Assembly: GCF_009914755.1 (NCBI RefSeq)
Contig: NC_060932.1
Direction: 5' to 3' (one strand)
Length of the DNA: 64,000 nucleotides
Source of the DNA: the human T2T-CHM13v2.0 reference genome, Homo sapiens
Shown here: in pieces, positions 13,751 through 26,880 of the stretch
Layout: each line of letters begins with the position of its first letter
How positions within the stretch are numbered: the stretch's first letter is position 1
Made by a program: the position numbers and the translations under genes
The notes under the pieces: generated by a model
The model's input: the letters and a program-made list of their open reading frames with translations, nothing else
Database searches by the model: none
What the model was told of the DNA's origin: nothing

Positions 13751-15200
13751 GCACAACAAAGGAAACCTTCAACAGAGTGAGAAGACAACCCAAGGAAATA
13801 TTCACAGAAAATATTTGTAAGCCATACATCTGATAAGGGCCTAAGATCCAAAATATACAATAGCAAGAAAACAACCTGATTTAAAGATGAAGCTGGAAAC
13901 CATCATCCTCAGCAAACTAACACAGGAACAGAAAACCAAACACCGCATGTTCTCACTCCTAAATGAGGGTTGAACAATGAGAATACATGGACACAGGGAG
14001 GGGAACATCACACACTGGGGCCTGTTGGGGGCTGAGGGGTAAGGGGAGGGAGAGCATTAGGACAAATACCTCATGCTTGTGGGGCTTAAAACCTAGATAA
14101 CGGGTTGATAGTTGCAGCAAACCACCAGGTCACATGTATACCTATGTAACAAACCTGCACGTTCAGCACAGATATCCCAGAACTTAAAGTAAAATAAAAA
14201 ATAATGGTTGAAGAACCTGAATAGACATTTCTCAAAAGAAGATATACAAAAGGCCAACAGGTACAGGAAAGCTGCTCAACATCACTAATCATCAGGGAAA
14301 TGCAAAGCAAAACCACAATGAAATATCACCTCGGACCTGTTAGAATATCTGCTATCAAAAACAACAACAAAGAAAGACAACAAGTGTTGGCAAGGGTGTG
14401 GAGAAAAGGAAACCCTTGTGCACTCTTCATGGAATTGTAAATTAGTGCAATCATTAAGGAAAACGGTGTAGGGACTTCACAAACAATCAAAAATAGAACT
14501 GCCATATGATCTAGCAATCCCACTACCAGGTGTATGTCCAAAGGAAATGAAATCAGCACGTTGAAGAGATATCTGCACTCCTATGTTTATTGCAGCATTA
14601 TTCACAATAGCCAAAATATGGAATCAAGTTAAGTGTCCATCAACAGATGAATTGATAAAGAAAATGTGGTATATATACACAATGGAATACTAGGCAGCCT
14701 TAAACAAGAATGACAGCCTGTCATTTGCGACAATCTGGATGAACCTGGAGGTCATGATACTTAATGAAATAAGCCAGGCACAGAAAGACAAATACCACAT
14801 GATTGCATTTATATGTGGAATCTAAAAAAATCAAACTTATACAAGCAGAGAATAGGATGGTGGTTACAGAGCCTAGGGGTGGGAGAAATGGGAAGTTGAT
14901 GGTCAAAGGGTACAAAGTTTTAGTTAGAAAAGATATCTTATTCCTCCAGGAGGACTAGGTTCTCAAACTCTATTATACAGCATGGTGACTAGGGCATAAT
15001 AATGTATTATATACTTGAAAATTGCTAAGGGAACAGATTATAAATATTCTCATCACCAATGATAAGGATGTGAGGTGATAAACTAATGTTAGTTTGTTTT
15101 ATATGTATACATTCAACAGTGTATACATGTATCAAAACATCATGTTGTATCTCGTAAATACATACAATGTTTTATTTGTCAATTAAATAAATAAACAATA
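13751..15200 (+). mobile_element. L1MA-type 3' segment (ORF2 end plus 3' UTR)
   Basis: gcacaacaaaggaaaccttcaacagagtg...; gaagagatatctgcactcctatgtttattgcagc; ggtcaaagggtacaaagtt; ends ttgtcaattaaataaataaa. Confidence 0.9.
13886..14201 (+). mobile_element. L1PA7/8-like 3' end nested in L1MA
   Basis: gatgaagctggaaaccatcatcctcagcaaactaacacaggaacagaaaacc...cccagaacttaaagtaaaataaaaaa; host L1 resumes at 14202. Confidence 0.9.
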
Positions 15201-15250
15201 AAGTAAATTGCATAGATATATAAATAAATAATTTTATTTAGAATCTAGAC

Positions 15251-15435
15251 CAATGGGTCTCAAAGTGTGAACCCAAACCAGTCAAAATAGCACTACCTGG
15301 GAACTAGTTCGAAACGCAAATCCTCTGCCCACACCAGACCTACTGGATCAGAAACTTTAGGGGTGGGGCTCAGCAGCAGGTGTTCAAACAAGCCCTCCGG
15401 GTGATTCTGATGCAGCTGAAATTTGAGATTTACAG
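15251..15435 (+). mobile_element. MER5A hAT MITE
   Basis: tctcaaagtgtg...acctgggaactagttcgaaacgcaaat...ccagacctactggatcagaaact...aacaagccctccgggtgattctgatgca...tttgaga; decayed TSD ATCTAGAC/ATCTACAT. Confidence 0.9.
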
Positions 15436-15559
15436 ATCTACATATTTCTATTTCTAATAGGGCCCTTTCCTAAGACTGTTTCTGTGAACCAGCTTTTTCT
15501 TTTCACTGTCTTTTGCTTTGCAAGTGTGAAACAAAACTTTGACACGTGCTGGAGAAAAC

Positions 15560-15614
15560 AACAAAAACAGGCAGGACAATATCTGGCCTGCAGGCCATAG
15601 TTAACCAATCCCTG
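15560..15614 (+). mobile_element. MER58A, right terminus
   Basis: acaaaaacaggc...tggcctgcaggccatagttaaccaatccctg; followed by 8-bp TSD ATTTTGAG (GTTTTGAG at 13560-13567). Confidence 0.8.
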
Positions 15615-15691
15615 ATTTTGAGCGTTGCAAGAGATAATGCATGGGCTTTGCATGACCCCTAGAATCTAAGTCATTGAAAACGGGTAGTATA

Positions 15692-16079
<388 letters not shown>

Positions 16080-16232
16080 TTAGGTCAAAAAACAAAATCC
16101 CAACCAAACTCGAGGAAATTTAACACATTGTCAGTAACCTCTGAAGTCTTACTTAGGTAAATGCATAATTTTCATAGACTTTTAAAATATCGAAAAATTA
16201 TTAAGACTCCACCCACAAAATTATCTTACAGA

Positions 16233-16401
16233 TAGGGCTGCCAGGTACAATACTTTTTTAGTATTTTCAATATCAGGGATGCATTTATCCTAAAAAAGTA
16301 TACATTGTTTATCTGAAACTGAAATTTAACTGGGGCATCCTGGGATTTTATTGTTTTTGTCTCTTTTGTTTTGTTGTTTTTTGCTAAATCTAACAGCCCT
16401 A
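16233..16401. mobile_element. MER53-like hAT MITE
   Basis: TIRs tagggctgccag...ctaacagcccta; internal ttgtttatctgaaactgaaatttaactggg. Confidence 0.75.
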
Positions 16402-17129
16402 CCTATAGATCTCTTATAGTTTCACCATCTGGGAACCACTGGTTTTATTGCATAACAGGGATAACCTAACACAAGCAATATTTTGTTCTGTCAGGGAGGA
16501 AAAGAATTGCATTCTTATGGAATTATCCCCAAGGTTAAAAACTAATAACTCCCCTGTGTAGAAGCCACTGAAACACTCTGAGACAACCAAGTGCTCTGCA
16601 CTCACGGGTGCCAAGAAAAAGCTTAGGTCACCCAAGGGAAAAGTACGATAATCTTGCATTTGTACCTGCTGATTAAAGTCAAGCAGCTTCCAGGAAAATG
16701 TAGGCGTCCCTCATGCCACTATGTTGAATTAATATCTGAAGAGTATTAATGATGGAAAAACTCGAATATATCCAAAATATCCAAAGTTTTGCAGTTGGAT
16801 TTGTGGGTAGTCAAACTGTGTACTGAGAAAGCCTATTTTGTTAGTAAACAAAGCTCCTAAGTGGAGACGAAATTTTCTTTGCAAGTAAACACAGGAGCAT
16901 AAATCAAGGATTCCTGGTAAATATTTGATAATGATGACGGAGGCAGAGTAGGTGCCCTCAGGCTTCACATATAGTCCAACAAGAGGGCTTATAAAATCAT
17001 TCTTATGAAAGTTATAAAAATGGGGAAAAGTGGCTCAGCATGCTACAAACTATGTCTTTTCAAACTTCAGAGAAGGAAGATGATATTTGACATGTTCATG
17101 AAGACGAACACATTAAGTTTTAATTAAAA

Positions 17130-17345
17130 GAGCACAGTATTTCGCATCAGGAGATCCATGTTTGAGTTTCAGCGCTACCACTTCCAAGCTGTGCAGCCTT
17201 GAACAATTCACTTAGCCTCTCTGAACCTCTGTTGTCTCTCTCTAAAACAGAAAGGATGAGAATTCCCATCTCACACGCTTTGGTCAGGGTCAAGGAGATA
17301 ATGGAAATGAAAATGATTTGCAAGCCGTGAAACTGCAAAGCACTG
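17130..17345 (+). mobile_element. MIR
   Basis: gctgtgcagccttgaacaattcacttagcctctctgaacctctgtt...aaaacagaaaggatgaga. Confidence 0.8.
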
Positions 17346-17459
17346 TCTGTCCCGATCATTTCCATGACGAAGAGCAAACTCTGTGGTGACTAGAAAGTGA
17401 AATAATGTTGTACTGAGTGTTACCAGCTGAAACCATGCTAAGGACATTATGCTTTCAAG

Positions 17460-18100
17460 AAATGTGGGTTAGTTAACTCCATATAACAAAGTAGTGGGTG
17501 GCTTACACAATGAAATGTATCAGCTAGGCGCGGTGGCTCACACCTGTTACTCCAGCACTTTGGGAGAAAGAGGTAGGCAGATCACTTGAGGTCACAGTTC
17601 AAGACCAACCTGGCCAACATGGTAAAACCCCATCTCTACTAAAAATACAAAAAATAGCCGGGTGTGGTGGAACACGCCTGTAGTCCCAGCTACTTGGGAG
17701 GCTAAGGCAGGAGAATCGCTTAAACCTAGGAGGTGGAGGTTGCAGTGAGCCAAAACAAAAACAAAACAATAACAACAAAAAAAGACAATGAAATGTATCA
17801 TCTCACATTCTGGAGATGAGAAGTCTGAGATCAAGGTGTCGGGCAGCAGGATTGGTTTCTTCTGAGGCTTCACTCCATGGCTTGGTAGATGGCCATCTAT
17901 TCCCTGTGTATGTTCCCGTGTTTAAATCTCTCCTTTTTATACAGACATCAGTCATATTGGGTTAGGACCCATCCTCATGACCTGCTTTAATTTGAATACC
18001 TCTCTGAAGACTCTGTCTCTAAATAAGGTCACCTTCTAAGGAACTGGGGATTATGATTTCAACATTTGAATTGGGAGAGGATTCAATTCAACCCATAACA
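17460..18100 (-). mobile_element. MLT1B-like solo LTR interrupted by Alu
   Basis: gggtggcttacacaa...ttctggagatgagaagtctgagatcaaggtgtcgg...cagtcatattgggttagg...ttcaacccataaca. Confidence 0.85.
17523..17784 (+). mobile_element. AluS lacking last ~50 bp of right arm
   Basis: Body stops at gcagtgagcc, then (AAAAC)n tail; perfect TSD ACAATGAAATGTATCA at 17507-17522 and 17785-17800. Confidence 0.92.
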
Positions 18101-18659
18101 ACATCTTTCGTTTATTCTATTAAAAAGTGGTCAAATGGGTTCACAGTGTATCCCAAAGCCTGCTTCTCCTCAGATAAAAATATTCCACTCTACAATGGAC
18201 ACCTTCCTGCTTGTTGGGTCTTTAAGACGATAAATTATTTACTTTGGAATAAGGTTTCAAGTCTGTGGCCTCATACCTTCTCCAAACACCAAAACACTAG
18301 GCAGTGCAATGCCCCTCTTTTCACAGAAATGCCTTTATTCTGTGGCAAACATGTCATTTTCCCTTATATTTAGCTTATGAATGAAATTATGTCTCACATT
18401 GATACAAAGGCACTGAAGTTTTTAGATTTCAAACTCAATTTTTTGTTCAAGAAGTTTACTTATCAGTTATCAATCCCTTCTGTACTAAGCCTACAGATTG
18501 TTGACACATTTCCAAATTGGACAAGGCACCTTCATTAATTTATAGGACTAATAAGTATATACACATATGTAAAAATCTCATATGTAATTGATATATGTAA
18601 CATAAAATAAAAATGACATTTTAAAAGCAAAGTTAGCCTTTTTTTAACTCATGCTTTCT

Positions 18660-19130
18660 TAGTGACTCAATATCCTTCTTTCCATCAATAATTGCCTTGC
18701 CATCTTAGAAAAATATAAATGTCCCAGACCAAATGGATGCATAAATGTTTGTCTTGGGAGTTGGTCATTATAGCTCTTTTTGCAACATCAAAAATGTGGA
18801 AATAGCCTGATATCAAGCAGGAGTTTGCCAAACAAATCATGAGGCAGCTACATCTAGAATACAATACACCCATTGAAGATTATGTTTTTGAAAAATATAT
18901 AATGGCATGGGGCAATATTCGTGGTATGCTGTTAAAGACAAGCAGGTTACACAAGGCTATGGACAATTCCAATTTTAAGACTACATACACATAAAAGAAT
19001 ATAGACGGGATATTCATTAATGAGTTAATATACTTATCTCTAAATAGTGAGATTGTAGATAATTTTTGTTTCTTCTTTGTACTTTCCTTTTTTGATTTTT
19101 TTTCCACAAAATGCATCCATCACTCATATA
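18660..19130 (+). mobile_element. Very old L1ME-like 3' fragment
   Basis: Degenerate L1 3' motifs (aaaaatgtggaaatagcctga, ctctaaatagtgagattgtagataatttttg). Confidence 0.5.
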
Positions 19131-19360
19131 ATGAAAATATGACCTTTTTTAAAAATCGAAAATTTGCCTCTGAAAGATTATTGCTTCAAACAAAGCACCA
19201 TTCATTCCAATGGGTTACTGTATTTTTCAAAGATCTTAGTATCTTACTCCTAGGAGATGATAATTTAGGGAAAGGGCTCAAAAAAGTATAAAAATAATTA
19301 TATATTCAGTAATATAATGCAACCTATCACATTATAAAAAGACAATTTAAAAAGAAAAAA

Positions 19361-19652
<292 letters not shown>

Positions 19653-19886
19653 GCTTAATGAAGGACTTAGCATTTGATTTAGATTAGGACTTAATGAAAA
19701 GGTATATTTTCCAGGAGGTACACAGACAATGGAGAGGAAGGGTATTCCTGACACAGGAAATGGCATAAGTAAACCAACTTGTAGTAAAATGCCTGGTCTA
19801 CTCTGAGAGCAACAAATAGTTTAGTATGAGTAGTTCATGGGAGTTCTAAAAGAATGTCAGGGGTCGAGGTAGGAAAATCAAGTCGT

Positions 19887-20012
19887 AGGGCTGGATGGTC
19901 ATAAAATTTATTGTTCAAACTAAGACCCCTTCAAGCATGAAAAAGGCTGCTGTTAATAGCTGCAGGAAACAGCTAGGACCATACCAGGAAACCAGGACAT
20001 ATGGCCACCCAA
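19887..20012. mobile_element. MER94-like hAT-Blackjack MITE
   Basis: cataaaatttattgttcaaactaagac...aaaccaggacatatggccaccc. Confidence 0.6.
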
Positions 20013-20069
20013 CAAAGGACTGGATCCCAGGATGCCTTAAATACCAAGCTCAGATATGTGAACTTTATA

Positions 20070-20450
20070 CACAGAATCTTGAAATCCTAGGGTTGAAAAG
20101 AAATGTCAATGCCTTCCAGCCTGGCTAACCATATTCCTGCCTCTCCAACTTTTCCAAGAATTGCTATCAAGCCTTTGCTTAAATTTCTCTGTGACAAAGA
20201 ACTCATTGCCTTGGGATGCCTGTTAGAAAATTCTTTATTGTATTGAGCTGAAATGTATCTCCTTGTGTCTCTTATTCATTTGGCTCTTTCATTCATTCAT
20301 CCTGCCCTCTCAAAGACAAACACAATGATTATCTCCCTCCACATTAGAGGGAAAGACAGACATTGTGACCTTCTAAATCTTCTCTTTTGCAGGTTAAATA
20401 TCCGTACCCATCTTTCCTAGAGCATTCCTGCAGTCTGTCACCATACTCTT
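20070..20450 (-). mobile_element. CR1/L3 3' fragment
   Basis: gcctttgcttaaatttctctgtgacaaagaactcattgcc...tgttagaaaattctttattgtattgagctgaaat. Confidence 0.6.
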
Positions 20451-20459
20451 ATAACTCCT

Positions 20460-21140
20460 AATTCACTTTTGAATTAATCCACTCTTGTCATCTTCCCTGC
20501 TACCCTTTGGTTTAGGGCCACCATCTTTTCTTGCTTATATGACACAGTGCCTCCTAAGTGGTCTCTGTCTTACCAGCCATCCTTCCAACTCATTGTTCAT
20601 ACTGCAGCCAGATTGATCTTTCCAAGACCCCAAACCGATTATGACACTGCCCTGCTTACAAGCTTCATTGGCTCCCCATTTTCGTAAAGATCAATTACAG
20701 CTTCAAGTAGGACAGTGTCATGCCATTCTGGCCTCAGCCACCACTCCAGTCTCATTTCTCTCATCCCCTCTCTTGCATTCCTTCTTTAGTCCCTTGCACA
20801 GCTCACTGAAGGTACTGACACCTCTGCTTGAAGCTCTCTTCCCTCCATCACCTTCACCTTCCTCATCTTTACTCAGCCTTTGGGTCTCAATTTAGACATC
20901 ACTTCCTAAAGAATGTTTACCCTGGTCCCATTAAGTCTAGATTAAATATCCCTTCTCAGGTGGTTTCACGAGGACCTAAGCTTCCCCTATCAAAGCAAGT
21001 ATAATATTGAATTAAAATCACCTGGTTCCTCACCTAACACCTCTGCTCCTTTGTAAATACCGTGAGATCAGGTCTTCTTCAGCACTGTTGTCTCCAACAT
21101 CTAGCAGAGTGGTTGCCACATATTAGGTGCTCAAATAATA
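20460..21140 (+). mobile_element. L2 3' region
   Basis: gcctcctaagtggtctct...catactgcagccagattgatctttc...ctagcagagtggttgccacatattaggtgctcaaataa. Confidence 0.8.
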
Positions 21141-21257
21141 ATAGCCAATACAGTTGCTAATAAATTAATGTGTAGCACCCAGAACTAGATACAATTGTTC
21201 TAAATATGGTCTGAACAATACAGAGTACGATGACTATCATGTCTCATGTTCTATACT

Positions 21258-21587
21258 TTTTTTTTCTTTTTATTTTTCTTTTTCTTTTTCTTTTTTTTTT
21301 TTTTTTTTGAGACAGAGTCTCACTCTGTTGCCCAGGCTGGAGTGCAGTGGTGCAATCTCAGCTCACTGCAACCTCCACCTCCCGGTTCAAGCAATTCTCC
21401 TTCCTCAGCCTCCCGAGTACCTGGGACTACAGGCGCTTGCCACCATGCCCAGCTAATTTTTCTATTTTTAGGAGAGACAGGGTTTCACCATGTTGGCCAG
21501 GATGGTCTCCATCTCTTGACCTTGTGATCCACCCGCCTCGGCCTCCCAAAGTGCTGGGATTACAGGCATGAGCCACTGCACCCAGCC
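21258..21587 (-). mobile_element. AluSc-like
   Basis: ttggccaggatggtctccatctcttgaccttgtgatcc; long T tail. Confidence 0.95.
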
Positions 21588-23840
21588 TCTAGACTTCTTT
21601 TACTACAACAAAATTCTATTTTAAAAGAAACATATCACTATTGATTTTATCATCCGTTTAAATCTCTAAACCTTAACTATATAAAGCTGCCACTTCTCTC
21701 TAACTTTCTGTCTCTTCCTCTCTCTGTCTCTTCCTTTCTCAATCCGCTTTCCCTCTCCCTCTACTTCCCATCTGCCTCTGTCATACACATACACACATAC
21801 CTAGTAATTTGCAATTTAATTTTGGGATCCATGCATAAGACTTTTTATATCCATCTCTGCACACATACACCCCAAAAATTAAAAGTCAAAACAGATTATA
21901 ACTTATTGATAACTTTTGGACTCCTAATCCTTATGCCTTTTCTCTTAGCAAATGGGAGCCTTATATTATGCCTTTATAGATATCAATGATGCTGAATAAA
22001 CAGGAATGAAGACAGAGGCCAGTAGCATGCCACTAAAGACATTCACATGTCAATCCATCTGTTAATCAGCTCTCCTTTAATAAATGCATTCAACCAGTCA
22101 TTAATCCAGCCCATATGCACTTTTCTAATCTAGAAGAAGATCACAGAAATCTGTGCCTTCCTGAAATCAATGTTGTGAACTGATTAAAGTTTATTGAGTA
22201 TAACCATGTTTCAGGTGCATTCACATACTTTATTTTAGTTAAATCCTCCAGCACCTATTACTGTTTTTTAATAGATAATAAAATCATCTCTTAGAAAATT
22301 ACACAAGTAGCAATTGCCAGAGCAGGGATGTGAGCCCAGGTCCTGTGACTCCAAGTTCATGGTCATCAGCACACATGATATTGGGATCATCTCAAAAAAG
22401 AAAGCATGCCTAATTTGACTTATGCTGGCTCCACTATTCGCCACCTACTTCACTCTCCCAAATGTCTGTGGAATTAATTAATTCCTTTGATTAGAGATTC
22501 CTAACTGGAGGTTCATTACAACTCAAAGGAGTCTCAGAGTTGACTTGTCATGAACCCACTGAAAGTTCATACAAAGTGCAATATGTGGTGTATCCTGCAT
22601 TTTTTTCTGAGAAGAGTAGTGTGTATCTATACCTGAGAAGGACCTTGGTCTCAAAGAGCTTGAGAACAACTTCAAGTTTAAATAACTCCCTATCAAAGTT
22701 AATCATCATTCACCTTTCTGTCTGAAGGTTTAGATTGCACACATCTCTTTTTAGGAAATCAAAACTGCATTTTCTTATCTCTAGCATCCCAAATTCTCCA
22801 TCACTTTCTACAGAGTTTTTAGAGGGCTTGCTTGCCCACTGGCCCATTCTGAGGTTCTGGATGCCTTCTCTGGATCAAGCTTATCCAAGGACTCTTACAA
22901 GCCCACCTATCTAGGCCTTTAGTGTCCTTGTCCCATGCCAGGTTCCAGGCTAAAGAGGATTCCTTTGCCTTCACAAAGTCAACAGAGCCAAAACTGCAAA
23001 AGGCCTTTCTTGCAGCTCTTTCTTGGGGAAGGTTAGGATAGGTGCAGTAGCAATAGGAGAAGCCCACCTGTTGAGATGTGAATTAGAGAGGGAGCTGATA
23101 GACCCACAGACTCGAGGCATTATTCTCAAATATCCAGAAAGTCTAAAGCCTTCCATTGCTAAATAAGTAGAAAACTATGTTTTCCCTGATAATCATGCTT
23201 AACCTTTATTCCTTAGCATATTATAGATGATAATTTCCTGAAAGCTTCTGTATCTCTGTCATCTAATTCAATGCTTAAACATAAATGGTCATTCACAAAA
23301 ATTGCACAAAAATTCATTGAGCATCCCACCTGGGTCTAAGCACTAACTGTAATCATACTAAGACAAAAAGAGTTGATCCCTAAGGACTGGTGTGGGATGG
23401 ACAAGTAAATAGATATTTGTAATAAAGAATGGTAAGTGCTCTGACCCACAGAAATAAAGGAAGCTCTGGGGGAACAAGAGAGGGCCACCTAACCCATTAG
23501 GAAGGATGATCTGCATCGTTTCCAAGAGAAAGGGGCTTTCAGCTGGGTCTAAATAAAAACAGAGGTTAGACACAGACCTCACAGATGTACAGAAAGAAAG
23601 TCTTATTTAATAAATAGTTTAACACGCCTAAATTCATATATGATATGGACAAAATGTATATAAAATGTACAAAAATGGTACATAAAATGTGGAGAGGGAG
23701 TGAGTAGTAAGATATAACAATGAAGAGGAAGGTAAAAGGCAAGTTGTGGACAATGTGTATCCACCAAAATTATTCTTGAAAGAAAATAAAAATGGGAATC
23801 TGCTGAAGACTTTTCCAAAATGAACTGCATGATCATATTA

Positions 23841-25090
<1,250 letters not shown>

Positions 25091-25299
25091 CTGCGGGGGA
25101 AACCGGAAGCTCCATTAAATACCTGATGAGCAGAAGTGCAGAAAACCTGTGCTCCGTGGAACTGGGTATGTGATAAATACATAAGCAATACCAGAATCGG
25201 GTTCCCTCTCCATCCTGCTGGGCACTAGAGCGGCTTTTGTTTCCATTCCCTCTATCAGTGAGAAGCGGCTCTTGCTTCACTTGTTAAAATGAAACCAGA

Positions 25300-26450
25300 G
25301 TGTGGAAGCCCAGCAATCGCTGGAACCCTTTGACCCCCTCTCCGCACCTGAAGACCGGCTGTGCCCACTGCCCCTGCGGACGCTCCCCAGTGTTCGCCCT
25401 TGGAGATTTCCAAGTCCAGATCTAAAGCACCCATAATCAGTTAAGACCCAGGGCTCCCTCTAGTCTTATCCAAAATTAGCCCTATCCGTTTGAAAGGCTT
25501 GTTCAAATAGAAAAGGACAAAGGACCAAGAAACTGGCTGTGCCGAATTGTGCACGTCAATCAACATCTTTGTGGAGCCTGCGATCGGCGCGTTGTGGGGA
25601 AGGGGCTCCCTCCTTCAGGGAGATGATTCTGTCTCCTGGAGGCAAGTGTGGGAGTTCAGAGGACTTTACTAAACATATTGTTTTAAAAATCCCCGTCCTT
25701 CTTGCCAAGCCCCTGTCCCACAGGTAATAAACAAGAAGCCGGGCCCGTCTCGCCGCCCAGGAGGGCAGAGCTTGCAGTGCCCTGCGGCTGGTAAGGCTGA
25801 GGGTCGCCCGCTTGCAGTCGAGCCGTGGTGAACCGAGAGTCCTGCAAGTTGGACGGGCTCGCTTTCCAGAAACCAGAGACAAACTCGATATTTACAAACT
25901 CATTCTCTGGCAATGAAAACTTGAAATGAGTTGAGCTCCGCATTTGCGCGCCTGCAAATTGCTCCAGCTGAGTGCACGGGAACACAGCCCAACAGGGACT
26001 GCTTTCCGGCAAACCTGGAGGCCCTTTGCAAGGTTTTTCTGCTTGACAGAATGGCAGCTGTGACCTGGGAGCCCAAGCAATGGAGGACGGGTAGAGAGAG
26101 GCGCATACCGTACCCGATCGGCGTGGCGGGTCATGCTGCGGGAGTCTCGGCGTCTGTTCCTGCCCGGGCGCTGCGGACGCGGCCTGGGCTGCAGCCCCGC
26201 GACCTGGGAGCTGTGCTCGGGACGGCTGCTGCGGACTGCTCTTGTTTGCACTGGCCGTTTGCTTTTGGGATTTCTCCAGTGCAGATGTAGTCAGGGGGCC
26301 GCTGTCCCGGGGGACAATGATTCCATTGGAAGCTGGCCTTTGACAAGACACACACATGACCTTTGACTAAAATGGCTTTGGGGAAGGAAAGTGTCGGGAG
26401 GCTGAAGACGGGGCGTCCAGCGCCGCCATCCACATTCCCACCCCCGACAG
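25300..26450. promoter_or_regulatory. CpG island / TATA-less promoter
   Basis: Dense non-Alu CpGs (gcgatcggcgcg, tttgcgcgcc, cccgggcgctgcggacgcggcc, ggggcgtccagcgccgcc) in otherwise CpG-depleted DNA; GC-box-like and CACCC motifs at 26405-26445. Confidence 0.85.
26109..26300 (-). other. Candidate first exon of a minus-strand gene (TSS approximate)
   Basis: GC-rich core ending at minus-strand donor ACG|GTATGC (26109/26108), alternative CGG|GTACGG (26114/26113); L1s to the left all lie on +, i.e. antisense to such a gene, although two MLT1 LTRs would be sense. Confidence 0.5.
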
Positions 26451-26649
26451 TGCCTAGTTAATTTTTCATCTTTCAAGGAGAACCTCTGTGAGGTTTGGTT
26501 TGCTGTTTCTCTTTCATTCTGTAGGATTCAGTCTGTTTCCAAAAGGAGTTCGCAGCACAAGTTTCCTGCTGTGTTGTTAATGCATTCCCTGAACTAGCAT
26601 TTCCAGGTCAAACAGGGGCAGGCCTATGCTGTTTAAGTTCCTCTGACGC

Positions 26650-26880
26650 TCTGGAAAATATCACCACCATTTTTTTTTCTAAAACACGCTACAGTTTACA
26701 AAGGGCTTTTCACGATCATGCTGTCATTTGGCCTCCCAAACAATGCCGAGGAGGCTCTCCTACTACTGCCATTTTACACATAAAGAATTAGAAGCTCAGA
26801 AAAATATTTGCCCCATCACCCAACCAGAAAGTGAAATCCAGGTCTTCTTAATTGGCATCCAGTCCACATCCACGAAACCA
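26650..26880 (-). mobile_element. MIR
   Basis: tcatttggcctcccaaacaatgccgaggagg...ccattttacacataaagaattagaagctcagaaa. Confidence 0.7.

Noticed and set aside
16414-17100. Unique segment with minus-strand donor-like sites (GTGAG at ~16605) and short ORFs
   Set aside because: No convincing acceptor-donor pair or recognisable peptide.
25683-26357. 224-aa minus-strand ORF across the CpG island, and overlapping 100-119 aa ORFs
   Set aside because: GC-rich DNA is stop-poor; several frames on both strands are open; no recognisable domain; it runs through the candidate splice donor.
25300-26450. Assigning a gene symbol to the promoter
   Set aside because: No coding exon in the window and I do not reliably recognise the 5' UTR; BLAT would settle it.
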